A stretch of DNA of 64,000 nucleotides from Bugula neritina (Eukaryota > Animalia > Bryozoa), in contig OZ037770.1 of assembly GCA_964035545.1 (NCBI GenBank), positions 5,466,729-5,530,728 on the forward strand, written 5' to 3'. The notes below the pieces were generated by a model, which did not search any database, was not told the origin of the DNA, and saw only the letters and a list, made by a program, of their open reading frames with translations. Of this stretch, positions 1 through 13,300 are shown one piece after another. The translations under genes and the position numbers were made by a program. Within the stretch, counting starts at the first letter, position 1. Every line of letters starts with the position of its first letter.

Positions 1-50
1 AGCTGAAGAAGCTTCAGGAAGAGCTGCCTGGAGTAGTGGCAGACATATAT

Positions 51-522
51 CTCAGCAGCAAAGCATGATATCTGAATAAAAATTCTACTGCTGGAATCCT
101 GAGATATTTCTCCAGTGCAAGTTTTTTTCTTTTTCCAATAACTCTTCTAGATTGCCCATAAATTGGTGATTTATACACTGAAAATGCCATATTTTTTCAT
201 GGGTAATTAGCAGCGCGCAGCACTTCACGCTTCAATGAGCACGTAGGGATGAGAAGATATTGGCGCGTACATGCTAATTACAGGCTTGCTAGCTGGCAGG
301 CTATAATGAATAGCTTGCTTTGTACATTGTTTATGTAGCACCCATAATGGAATGTTGATAGATAGCATAGCCCTAATGAAGGTTGCTGCTTATTGGTTGT
401 AGTTTGATATTAGGCTAAACAATTGCAAGTAGGCAACACGCATGCCACCCGCAGAGCAATATTATTCAAGAACCTAAACTACATTTTGAGAGAAATTTAT
501 GATATTCTTAGTGAGGATGCCC
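51..522. mobile_element. Truncated non-autonomous DNA transposon (Kolobok-like end ...GAGGATGCCC|TTAA)
   Basis: Interrupts gypsy pol; 260-520 is clearly homologous to 50920-51160; ends next to TTAA (523-526). Confidence 0.6.
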
Positions 523-533
523 TTAACTATCCT

Positions 534-3261
534 GTGTGGATGATGTGCTCCGGAGTCTACTCCTCAGACGCAGTCAGGAAGAATGGGATACGGTACTGCC
601 ACAAGTCATGCCCGCATACCGTAGCACCCCACACACCAGTACTGGTGAGACCCCAAACCTTTTGATGCTCAAGAGAGAGACTCGGGTCCCTGACCATCTC
701 ACCTACCACATTCCAGAGCAAGACAGCTCGATTCACGAGTATGCCAGCGAACTAATGCAACGGATGAAGGTCGCACACAAAAGGCTGCGGGAGAAGCAGT
801 GGCAGGTGCGACACGAGGATTCCAAGGAACCACCCCTCTATCAGACAGGAGATTAGGTGTAGCTGGTCAACTATTGTGGGCATCGCGGGCAGGCAGATAA
901 GTTACAGCCTAAGTTCGTGGGACCCTACGTGATAGTCGAGGCTATGCCCAACCATACCTTTAAGATCGCGCACTCAGGACAAGTGTCCATCCAAAATGAG
1001 GTTTGCTTGAAGCCATATTGGGCTAGCCCAAACACAGTGGGAGAAGCCCACCCCTGTTGTTGGAGCCCAGGAGGCAGACAACAACGTGTGGGCAACGGCG
1101 GCATGGACCCGAGTATGAAGTGGTCATTCTGCTGGAAGACGACTTGGTACGAGACGAGCGACTGCTTCTACCCACAGAAGTGCGCCCGCCGCCTCCTATA
1201 CCAAGTCTGATACCATCACTTATAGAAACCAAGCCGGTTCCGAAAGTGCAAACTCGCATGGATGGAGGGGCTCTATCTAGAAAATTAGAAGAAATGGTCA
1301 CTACTGGGGAATTGGAAGCGCTGTCAGTGGCACTTACTAGTCCACCGATGAGTGCGCCGCCTCCCCTAGAGCGAGGACAGCGTAAAAGACAACCCCCAGC
1401 CTATCTAAAGGACTTCGTATGTGACTGCGTTCAGAGCGGCACATATGAAAGTTTAGAGGGGAACCGTACGGGAAAAATATCGAGCAACTGTGGGAGTTGT
1501 CAGCACGTCGGAAATATCAACTTTTACATCGGCGGAAATAAAATTCATCCGCCAGATGTGCAAAGTCCTAGTCACGCACCCCAACCATGTTGCTCGATCT
1601 TTTTTTACGCTGATGCAGTCAAAAGCAGACGTGCCTCTAGTCACTAGTACAAACCATACGCAAACATTCAGTATGTCATACAATACCAGATCGTGGGGTG
1701 AATTAACTATGTTCTTGGTATGGAAACTAGATTGCATCACTCAGCTCCGACTCATCTGAGTCAATTGAGCTGGAGATAGGTTTGCGAACTACAGTGTTAG
1801 GAATACAAATTGATTCAGAGATTTCATAATCTCGTTTCAGTATGTGTCCTTTTCCAACTACTCACTAACAATAATCTCTGTGAGTGTTTAACCAAACGAG
1901 CAGTTGTCAGGCTGTCTAAGGCCGACATAACTACAGTGTATTTTACTAACGCTGTTGAAACTCTTTCAGGTTACACTCGACCCGCCATGACCAGTGTACA
2001 AGACCCAGCATTTCTCGCTCCGCACCACGAGGAGAATACCAATGGCGGACTACCCGGGCCACTGCGCTGCCGCTGGCGGTGGGTGTCGCCAGAGACGGAG
2101 AGAAAAATAGAGGCTGCATGGGGACCTAAAGGGAGTACGCAGTGCCAACTCTGCTCTAAGGATAGCCTGTCTCACCGCTCACTCTGATTACATGTGGATG
2201 CCCACTTCTTACTTACATCCTGCTCATATGGACACCACGACGTCTACCCGTATCCAGTTATTAAACATCGAGCAGCTGGATGCTTCCCTGGGAAAAACTA
2301 CGTTGTGGATGCTGATCTATACCCGAAATTCTTAGCACTGATACGGCCTTGGTGAAGAAGGCGATAGTACTGGCCGTTTTGACCTCCGGGTTCCAGCATG
2401 TGCTGAAATATGCTCGACAACAATCCTCGATGGTATCGGACCGACCCCAGATTGTATATACTCCTGAAGAATTCACCTACCCTGACGAAGAAGAGGAGCT
2501 AGCACCTTCCCCCCGTAAAGTACCGACCCCATCTCCAGATCGTACTTGCCTGGCTACTGTAGAAGAGCGGCTCTTTCGGCTACAGGCCGAGTTCACCCAA
2601 TTAGCCCCAGATCTATTAAGTACCACGACAGGACTCTATCAATTAAAAGGCTCAGTGGGTAGGAGTAAAAGGAAGCTACGTGCCCGTCAAGCCAAACACC
2701 GGCTATCCAAGCCCTGACTCTGGTTCTCCGTCCTGAAATGATTCGTAAGCCTTACCATCTTAGAAGTGATTGACTAACGCTGTGATCATGTAAATGCTTG
2801 ACAGCTCATTTTCCTTGTCCACTACTACAGCTAGTGCTACTTCTCTCTTTGTAGCTAGCCAATTGTATATGCAGTAACTGTTGTAATGATATTGTCTGTC
2901 ATTGTTATATATAAATATCTGTCTGTATTTTTATGTTTTGGTCTACTGATATTATGTGTGCTGATTGTAAGTTTTTTTGTATCAGAAAGAGGGCTTTCTG
3001 CTGGTGGGGGCGGTGTGGTGGCTTGTGGAGCTACCAGCGTAATAACTGGGAAATTTTACTTCCCCCGTGAGTGCAGCACGGGGTCAATGAGGTGACGCGG
3101 AACAGCAGACAACCAATCAGCATGACTGACAGTTTTTAGTAGTAGTAGCTTCCCGCGATTTAGTTAGTTGAGTTTAGACTGGTGAACTGAATAGACCGTA
3201 TCAATTAGCTGAATGTATTTGTGTTACTGTAGCTTTTGTGATGTATTCTTGTGTATAAAAT
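534..3261 (+). mobile_element. Decayed Ty3/gypsy LTR retrotransposon, 3' part (integrase C-terminus, accessory ORF, PPT, start of 3' LTR at 3014)
   Basis: ORF 536..856 (AYRSTPHTSTGETPNLLM) and KFVGPY motif, homologous to 29955..30596. G-rich tract then TGTGGTGG at 3014. Nt 1-50 (LKKLQEELPGVVADIY) are also pol-like. The LTR probably resumes after 6919. Confidence 0.85.
1987..2717 (+). pseudogene. Accessory ORF of the gypsy element: C2H2 zinc finger + coiled coil + basic tail (one TGA, one frameshift)
   Basis: TACTAAC 1944-1950, ctctttcag acceptor ending 1969, gccATG 1987. CQLC-x12-H-x3-H reads through the TGA at 2185-2187; continues into ORF 2349..2717. Confidence 0.6.
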
Positions 3262-6200
3262 TGTTGTAATATTTACACAGTTTATGTAAACTTGGAGTTA
3301 CCTTGTCTTGATGTTTTAGCTGATCAATTATTATCCAAACCCGAGGAAATCAATGCAGTACAAAATGTTGATAATAGGAAGTCAAGAATTTCTTCTGAGG
3401 TTACTTATGATAAACATTCTAAAAACCCATGTGAGCAATGTGGGAAAGCCATTACAAAAGTCAGAGATGTCCAGCTTATGGAACTAAATGTGCGAAATGC
3501 AATCAATTCAACTACTGGGCCGGAGTGTGTAGGAATTTGAATAAAGTCAATGAAGTACAGCCAGAAAAGGGTGACACAGATTTTTATTTAGGAGAGACAC
3601 ATCACATTAACTCCATAGATTCTCAATCCTGGTACACCAATCTCAGAGTAAGCACCAACAAACACAAAGGACAAAGGTGCGTCTCTTAGTGTATGTGGTC
3701 CACATCATGTCTCAAGGGAGCTAATCTCAACTAGCAAAAAATTGTACGGCCCAGGGCAGACACCTTTGACATGTTTAGGAACAATAAAGTGCCAGATAAC
3801 ATCAAAGAATGAGCGCATAAATGAAGACCTTTATGTTATTCAAGATCAAACCACACCATTGCTTAGCCGTAGTGCATGTGAGAAATTAAACTCATCTCTG
3901 TGGATTCATCTCAATGCCAAATATAGAATGTGTGTGTTGATGAGAAGCTGTTCCAAGGATTGGGGAAAGTAAATACAGAGCATGTCATTACGTTGAAAGG
4001 AGATGCTAAACCATTTGCTATCCATGTTCCCAGACCCATACCTTTTCCTAGAAGAAAGTTAGCAGATGAAGCATTGATGAAAATGATTGAGGATGGAGTA
4101 ATTGTTAAAGTTGATGAACCTACTCCATGGGTGGCACCTATGGTAGTAGTTCCTAAACCTGGCCAAAACAAGGTGAGAATTTGCACAGATTATACCGAGT
4201 TAAACAAGCATATTTTGAGAGAGTTCCATCCCATGGCAACAGTAGATAGCAGCTTAGCTCAATTAGGACAAGGACAATTTTTTTCCAAGATTGATGCAAA
4301 CAGTGGATTTTGGCAAATTCCTTTAAGCAAAGAATCTAGCAAACTAACAACATTTCTGACTCATTCTGGACGATATCGCTATTTGCGACTGCCTCAAGGC
4401 CTATGCAGTGCTCCAGAGATTTTTTTTGCTGAAATGAACAATATTTTGAAGGATGTTGATGTTGTGGTTATACATATGGATGACATACTGGTTTTTGGTG
4501 AGAGCAAGGAGCAACATGACACAAGATTGCAAATAGTGTTGGAAAAACTTAAAGCTTCAGGCATTACGCTCAATAAAGACAAATGTAAATTTGGAGTACC
4601 ATCTGTTAATTTTTTTTGGTTATGTCATAGATCAGTCTGGTATACATGTTGGCCCTCGAGTTCAAGGAATAGTAGATTTTCCTACTCCGAGAAATGTAAC
4701 TTCAGTACGAAGTTTTCTTAGAATGGCCAACCAGCTATGCTAAGGAATTAGCTGCTGTGAGTGAACCAATTAGAATGCTGTTGAAGAAAGATGTTCTATG
4801 GCACTGGTCCAGCAAACAAGAAAACTCCTTCAAGAGGATAAAAGAAATATTTCAAAATGCACCAGTTTTAGCAGTCTATGATGTAGACAAAGACACCATA
4901 ATCACAACAGATGCTAGCAATGCAGGTCTAGGAGCAACACTCTTTCAAATTCAACAGGATGGCTCTCGGCGCTTGATATCTGCTGCAAGTCGTTTTTTAA
5001 CAGAGACCGAAAAGCGTTATGCAGCCATAGAAAAAGAAAGTTTAGCAGTCTGTTGCGCTATATGGAAAAGTTTTCTCCATATATACTAGTTATGAAGAAT
5101 GTGGTTATTGAAACTGATCACCGTCCACTAGTTACTTTGTTTGGGAATATCTTTCTAGACAGGCTTCCACCAAGAATTCAAGGGTTTAAACTTAGACCTC
5201 AAAGATTTCAGTATACTATCAGACATGTGAGAGGGTCTGAGAATGTTGCAGCTGATGCTCTCTCCAGGTATAACACTGCTGAAGCGAACGAGATTGATGC
5301 AGCAAGAGAAATGGAAATTGAACTTTATATTGATAACATCTACCAACATGGATCTGATAGCAGGTTGGAGCAGCTTCGTTTAGAACAGCATGAACATGAA
5401 TTACTGTCAAAAGTAATCAAATTTGTAGAAAATGGATGGCCAGGGTATTTGTCCACTGAAGATGTCCTTCTGAAGCCCTATTTTGAAAGAAGATCTCTTT
5501 TAACAATAAACAAAGGATTCTTGACACTTGGCAATCGCTTGGTAATATCGTTAGTTCAAAGAGAACAGGTGTTGCAAGATTTACATAGAGGACACTTGGG
5601 CATTACAAAATGTCAAGCACGAGCTAGAGATAGCGTGTGGTGGCCTTCTATGTCAAAGGCTATTGAGGCTATGATCAGCAATTGTGCTGAATGCAAAATC
5701 CATGCAGCTAAAATTACAGAGCCATTACGTCCTTCTGCAACTCCAGATAGACCTTGGCAACACCTTAGCACTGATTTGTTGACTTATAAAGGCCAAGTAT
5801 ATCTTTTGGTTATTGATAATTATTCAAGGTATCCTGAACTTGCCTTGCTGGGAAACTCTGACTTTTCTTCAAGTAAAGTAATAACACACCTAAAATCTAT
5901 TTTTTCACGACATGGCATACCTGAAATACTATTTTCAGATAACGGCCTGCAATATGCAAGTGCAGAATTTAAACATTTTTCTGTCGAGTATGGATTTACC
6001 CATGTGACTAGCAGTCCACATTATCACAGAGCGAATGGAGCAGCTGAGCGAGGAGTAAGGACCATCAAAAGCATGCTTGCAAAAGAGAAAGATCCTTATT
6101 TGGCTTTGTTAGCCTATAGATCCTCACCGCAGTTTAGCTCATACTCTCCAGCAGAATTGTTAATGGGTAGAAAATTGAGATCCACTGTACCCATCCATCC

Positions 6201-6919
6201 GGATAAGCTTAAACCTGAACTCCTGACCATGACTCATTCAAAAGGAGCAACGATCAGTATAAAGAGAAAATGAAAGAAAATCATGACAAAAATCCTAAAG
6301 TGCGCCCTCTTTTGCCAGTAAATAAAGGAGACAATGTGATGGTGAGAGATATGCAAAGAGAAGGCTATGCTGCCTCTTCTTCAGATAATATTACTCGTCG
6401 AACAAATGTCATGACTGACACTGGACCTTTAATACGTAACAGAGCTGATATAACTAATATCCCAACACGATGTTCTGAGCGAACCAGAAAAGTGCCACGC
6501 TACTTAACAGATTTTGATTGTACATAATTTATTATCCACGCCTGTAATATAAGTTGCACTTGATTTAATTACTGTTGTCAAACCTTTTCTTTTGTTTGTT
6601 TTTTTTTGGTTGTTGTAGCCTGAAACTAAAGAGGGGATGTTGTAATATTTACACAGTTTATGTAAACTTGGAGTTACCTTTTCTTGATGTTTTAGCTGAT
6701 CAATTATTATTCTGTTTTTGAAAAAGTTAGTCACTTCCTGTTTGACAAACTGTAGTGCTTGATTAAAATAAACTGAAGATTAAAACTAATCAACTAATAA
6801 TTGCTAGATAAATAGACATCTAAAGAATAAAACTCGAATTATCCTAGCGAAGTTTTTCTAGCATAGTAAATAAGACTCTCTTGATTGCACACCAACCCGC
6901 AATTCTGGAAATTATAACA
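3262..6919 (+). mobile_element. Ty3/gypsy LTR retrotransposon (K02A2.6-like), internally deleted and frameshifted
   Basis: 5' LTR stub 3262-3333 is near-identical to the 3' LTR start at 6638 (TGTTGTAATATTTACACAG). PPT aaagagggga 6628-6637; LTR ends ATTATAACA at 6919. Gag zinc knuckle (CAKCNQFN.WAGVC), RT (DANSGFWQ, HMDD), RNase H (TTDASN), integrase (H-H..WWP..C-C, SDNG, AERG) in gypsy order. Confidence 0.93.
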
Positions 6920-7900
6920 ATATGAACTAGTACACCACCAGTTGATAAATCAGCTTCACTACCTCTAACTTCGGCTGGTCAACATGTCACTAAAATCAGA
7001 ACAGACCAACTTATTGATATGGAGAATACAACTGAAATATAGATTGGGATACTCTGTCTAGCAAATGAAGCTAAAATTTTTTTAGAATATAATCATATTG
7101 GCTATTTTTTCCCATCTTATACTTTTATAGTTATTATATGAAAAATGTTGTCAAAATTTGCCCACGTGTCGCACAGGCTAGAAAAATATAAGAAACGTGT
7201 TAATTGAAAATTGACGTTTTAAGATTTCATATGGATCATATGACTTCTTGATTGGATTTTAACAGATGCAAGTTCTATGATTTTATACCATGTGCAGTTT
7301 AGTAACTTAGTGAAGATTGCTAAATGATGCAAGCTATAAAATAAGTTCCTCAGATATTCTCGTTACCACAGTGTGACATTGAAGTCTACAATAGCATTGC
7401 ACATGTTGAGCTATTAATTGACACACCACATGCAGGCCTATACAGAAAAGATCAAATATAATGAAATGCCTAATTTCCCTCTATTTAGTACTCATGTACC
7501 AACAACTTGAGATAAAACAAATGCAAGGATCAAGGTTTATATTCCGCTACTATTTGGGGTATTTTTATGTGTTGAAAATGTTGAACGTATTTGCTAATTT
7601 TGTTGTTTTGACCAAAGGGCAAAGTCAAATAAAGTATTACCAATTAGTTTAATTCAGGTTACATGAAATACGGTTTACTATGTTAGATTAGGTCTTTTGA
7701 GATAAAATATGTTTGTTTTTAGATATATAACTTAAAACTAGGTATGTTTTACAGCTAAAAAATCTTCTATCATCGTGTCACATTTACTACCAGATTCCAG
7801 CTTTAACACCAAAACCTAGACAAAACTTTGATTTCCTATGAGTGAAACTACTTAATCTCATACAAAAATTGATTTTCAAAAATGTATAGTTCAAATAAAA

Positions 7901-7906
7901 TTTATT
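7901..7906 (-). terminator. Candidate polyadenylation signal (AATAAA) of the Roco-caspase gene
   Basis: tttatt on the + strand ~500 nt after the stop codon. The region is AT-rich, so a chance hit is possible. Confidence 0.4.
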
Positions 7907-8408
7907 GAGGAAATATGAAATAAAACTTGAATAAAAAGTCAGCAAAATATGTATTATTAATGCATGTAAATATTATTATTATCAATTTTTAATTGAATAA
8001 AGCAAGCGTAAAGCTGAACATTGTCAAAGCTTTATAGTGCATAAAAGAAGCAGTGAAAAAACCCTTCAGTACAAAGTAATTAAAGCACACTCCACAGCAA
8101 ATAAACTAATACATAACTCAGTATGATATACTAGTTCACAACACTATAAAATATATAAATAGTAGATAAAAAATCTACCAGATAGACAGCCTTAGCGACT
8201 GTCAGATTATCATAAACATATGATTATAGAGAAGTATGTATAACAGTGAAAATCCTTTGTCAATTAAACTAATAGAATAACTATTCCTGGTTCATTAACT
8301 GAAAATTATTGTTTGTTTAATACAACATATCATGCTGGATACCCAAAGAGGGTAAATGCTATGAGTTATTTCATGTGCTAAATTTTAGGAATGATCCTCT
8401 TTAGTGGC

Positions 8409-10389
8409 TTAGGGTTTTTCCTCTTCATCCAACCCATCAAAGCCAGGAAACAGGTAAAGTCTTTTACGGGGAGGAAGAGTCTTCCAGATTACAACCAAAT
8501 TTCTGCTTCTCTCTGAATCTTCATCTGCATACAGTTTCTTCACTAATTTAGTCTGTACCTGTAGAGTAAGAAATGACTAGTATGATTGTGTACCAATGTA
8601 CTACCAGATGAGATAAATATTTACAACTCTAAGCTGCTGGAATATACCATCGTATTTGTATCAAATCTAAGCAGCAAAATCTTGAGAGTTGTCTGCTACA
8701 GTTAACAATATAAGATATATCATTGCAGTGAGACTGAGACAGTCCGTAAACCTTCACAACAGGCTGATAGAAAAATCTCAATCAAAAAATATTAATAATA
8801 AACAGCTGAGATAAAAGAAATATTTTTGTATGAAACCAGAACTCAGCAAAACTATCATTCTAGACTTACCTGCATGAAAATGGTGTAGAGATCACGGTGA
8901 CAGGCATGTTTGTAGATTGAAGATACGAGAGCTCTAACCATAGGAGATCCATACTCAGGATGTCTCTTTGATGCTATAATAAAATTAAATGCAGTCAAAA
9001 TTATGGTGTAATGAAAGCAAGCTCAGTATTTTTAAAAGTGTTTGTTTGATATACTTTTTAAAGACAAGTTTACAAGATTGGATTAAGAAGAGACAATTTC
9101 CTAAATAACTGCAACTGTGCACATGTAAAACTAAACAATCACTATTTAGTATACGTACAGCAGACGTTGCTCTTTAGAACAAGAAGATTATCAACATCCA
9201 GTCTGGTCCTACGCTCTTCTATTCTAGGTGCTGGTGGTAAGACAGGTTTGATGGGTCTTATTACACTGGGTGTTTCAGGATATACAATATCATCATCAGA
9301 TTCAGAATGTGTAGAAGAGACAGCTTCAGTTTCTTCTTCTTGAGCTGCTGCGAGACCAGATCCGTTTGGATTCACCTCAATGTTTGCTGCAAGAAAATAT
9401 TTTTTAAGCTTGCATCTTGAGCAAAAAAGAAATTCAATCAATACAGAGAGCGCTTTTCAAAGATCTTTGTTCTACTTCCACAACTCGACTAAAAATAAAA
9501 ATTTTCTATAAAACGCTGTAATTACCTCCACTGCAAGCTTCTAGGATGACAACTGTAGGTTTACGCTTTAGACTTAGAGGAGCGAGTAAATCATACAAGT
9601 CTGTAAGATTGACCTTCTCAAGGTCAGTTCCGTAGATGCAGTTATCTTCTTCACCGTGACTCATGACAACCAGTATTTGACAGCCCAAGCCGTTGTTTCT
9701 TACATTTTTTATCTCGGACTTCACAGCAGACAGCATTTCCTACATTATTTTTATAAAATGTTATTATATCTCTAAAAATTGCTGCATTTTCTATATAATC
9801 CTGGCCCATCAGCCATTTATAGCATAACTGCAACTTGACAATATTAGGAGGTTGCTAAATCTTGTTTCAATAGTAATAGGTATTTTCAGTTGAAAAGCTA
9901 ATACGTCAGCCAAGTTGAGCTGTGTAAGTAATATTAACCATAAAGGTAGGCCTAAATGAGAGCATTCACTTAAATCAGTATGACTATTGATAACTATAAA
10001 TTTTGACTCACAAGCAAGTATGCCAAAATGTGCACCCATTTTAACAAATCTTAGGTAGTATTAGAACAGTGTGTAAGTTGAGCAAATACTGAAAAAAAAG
10101 CTTGACCATAAAAGTTTGAATACAGTTTCACATAAAAAGCATTTTAACTTCTTTAAAGAAATAGTATGCTACCGTGTATATAGTTCACTACTATTGCTGC
10201 CATTCTAAAATGTTATACCTCTGCTGTCAGGTCTGTGTGTGTCTCAACATCAAACTTGAGAGATTTCAACATGGCAGACATGTTCTCAACATCAGCATTT
10301 GAACCTTCCCTGCATAAGTCTGGTCTTTCGACAAAATTTTTGTTGTTTATGATCAGAGCTTTTCCTCTGTTTCTGGTCATATTGAACAC
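8409..10389 (-). CDS. Caspase (peptidase C14A) domain over five exons: p20, acidic linker, p10
   Basis: VFNMTRNRGKALIINNKNF..REGSNADVENM; VMSHG; KPTVVILEACSG; p10 DNLLVLKS..SKRHPEYGSPMVRAL..RDLYTIF..TLPPRKRLYLFPG matches the caspase consensus. Confidence 0.93.
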
Positions 10390-13300
10390 CTGGAGGCAAG
10401 AATATTTAGAATACCAGGTACAGTGGTGACATGAAAGTCTAATAAATAAATATTGGGAGCCAATTTGGCCGAGGCTCGCAATTATCAAATTATATTACGA
10501 TCAAGTTTACTTTAGAAAGGAAGCAAAGATTCTACATTCAGGTCTTCTTTATTACTAAGTTGAAAAAATAAAGGAAGAATTACAAGCGTAGAGCCACTCG
10601 AAATGTTTTACACGCGGGTGACATGCGAGAAATCCCGTTTTGCTCAAAAATTGGACGATGAGAGGGGGATTTTAATGTGTCTAGCATGCTGAGTGAGAAA
10701 TGCGAGAAGCTCGTGCGTGTTTGATCTAATTGGCTTATTATTATTTAGCGTGAAAAATTTTTTATTCCAATTCGAGTTTTAGCTTTTAGCAAACTGAAGT
10801 AAAACAGTTTTATATAATTCGCATTTCCGCTTTGATAATATCTGTCGAACTTTCATCGCATTGGTAAAAACTGACAGCTGCGTTCAGAAATCAGACAGTT
10901 GTGACGTCACAGAGGTCAACGCTTGGCCTCGAAAACGCATTCAAAATGGCGTTTCGACGGTAGTGTGGCAGCCCCATAAATTCACTTTGCCGATGACATA
11001 GTTTTATAAACAAACGTGTAAAGGCAAGCAGTAAGGTTTAACGCTAACATTGTTAGCTAATAAATTTTTGCACTCACAACACACGCACTGTGCGTGGCAT
11101 GTCTATACGGGCACGGGTAAGGGTCTTCCCGCACGTGACGCGCATATAAAAGGCTTCGTATGGCCCTACGCTAACACTATAGTGTATTGATTGTCCAAAC
11201 CAAAATGTCTAAAGACGGCCGATAAACAATGTAATAACCTTGACAGTATTTGAAAAGAGTTGTTTAATCCTGGGGTTGTTGGTGGGCTTTAAGTTGAGTT
11301 TTATCAACTTCATATCCTTGTCTTTTTCTTCACCAGTGTGTAAAACTTCATCCTCATCAGAGAGATCACTTAGATCAACATCGTCTACAGCAACAAGATT
11401 TTATTGTCAGTATTTGATAAACGTAGGAAATTTGTTCAGTCCATACAAATAAACATTATATTTTGCCGGAGATAGCTTTGCTAAACTTGTCAAAGAAATT
11501 TACATGGTCAGAATTTCTATACTGTTTATACAGCTGTTTGAAATTAGTCAACAGCTTTTGCAAATTTTTTTTCTTTCAAACTTACCTCTATCCAGAAAAA
11601 CAAAGCTAAGAACTAACTATACTGTAAAAGTTTACCAGTTAAGTTCTTCTGCTCTATTCTTCGTAGTTTGAGCTCTGCCAACAGTGTCTCCAACATACTA
11701 ATTTCTGCTTTTGACAACGCTTCACCTGAATAAAACTGATTAGATCAATTACCTTGACTATTACTTTGAATAAAACTATAACTAGATATGTTTTACTACC
11801 AAATCTCAATATTGACACAACTAAAAAATATGACGAATATAAAAAAAATGTTTTCAATTGAATAGTTCAAACTGATGATATATTCGGAAACACGATTAGG
11901 CAATGTTTGGTGTTTAATCTAGTTATGATGAATTCAAATTAGGAGTTCGTAACTTAAACTAACTACTCAAACTGACCTTGTGTACTTTCAACGTTTGAAA
12001 ATGCATTAATGTTCAATAAAAAAAGAAAGTTTCAGTAAAAATATTCATGAATTAACTTACATGGGTAGATTAAAGCACTGGGCACTTCCTCGTTGTTACA
12101 CAATGTTGTTGAAGATCCACTACATTTCTTTACATCTGGTGATGGGTTGCTTAAGGAGCGAAGACACCAATTAGGACGAATGATTTTTTCAGGGCAAGAA
12201 ACCCCAAGCGTGATGCAGTGAGCACAGAAGCAGGCAGTGACTGGTCGACTAGCAGTCCAAGTTTCCATCACATGTCTGAGGATGTTGTTGTTGGTTGAAA
12301 TAAGTTTCTCCCACATCCTCGAAATGTGAGCAGCATCAGATGACACATAGAGTAAGACTCTTCTTGCTTTGCAGTCATGTATCAGCTGTGTGTATATTTG
12401 ATCTTGGTAAACATTAACCCCATTTTTCTTTACCCTTCTCACAGCAAACTCCTCTGGAAACAGCTCTAGCAAACCCACAGTCATTTGGTGGTAGACGTGC
12501 TGTGGTAATGCCAGACCATTAAATTGTGTCTCAGCAGCAAGTAACAGGTCTTTAGATGATGTGTAGGAAGTGTTATATAGCTCCTTGGCAAACTGCGGAA
12601 CAATGTAGTATGATTCTTTAGCATCATTTTCCAAACTACCATATAGCAAGCGGAATGTTCTGAGCAATGAAACAGCAATTTCAACATCACCAGGACTCTT
12701 GAAGGAAGTTTCGTCAGCAATCAAATATGTTAAAAGAAGTTGCATCATCATGCCACTAGTCTTGAAGCAATTAACAGATTTTTCAAAGTCTTGCTTTTCA
12801 ATCCTGACTCCTTCTATGGAATGATATGATTTGAACTGATCAACTCGATTGTGCCAAATGTTTGGGTCATGGTGATACAAAACACACAACAGTTTGGTTA
12901 CTTCTGTGATCTTGTGAAATACGTATGGCCTGAGTGTATCAATGTTCTTGTACCACAATACTTTGCCACAGTCATGCATGTATGTGAGAATAGTATCTAG
13001 CTGGCTTGGCTTCAGTTCAAAGCCGTCTTTTCTTAACACAAGCAGAATAAACCAAAAGGAGCAAAATGCTCCGGGTAAAGACAAAACCTTTTCATTCACT
13101 TTTTCCCATATCAAAGGCAAAGGCTTAACAAAATGCTGACTGCTCTCTAGAAGGGAGCTCTTTATCAAGTCGTACTCAGCATAGTCGTCTTCCTTTCCGA
13201 TCTGATATATATCTTCACTGGCAAAAACCTTTCCATTCAATGAATTGAAATGCTGAATTTTCACAAATTCCCCATCTGAGCTTTTCTCTTCATCAAGAAT

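Noticed and set aside
11581-11590. Strong-looking alternative donor (AG|GTAAG on the minus strand) for the 11725 exon
   Set aside because: Using it would include an in-frame TAG; the donor at 11635 keeps the frame.
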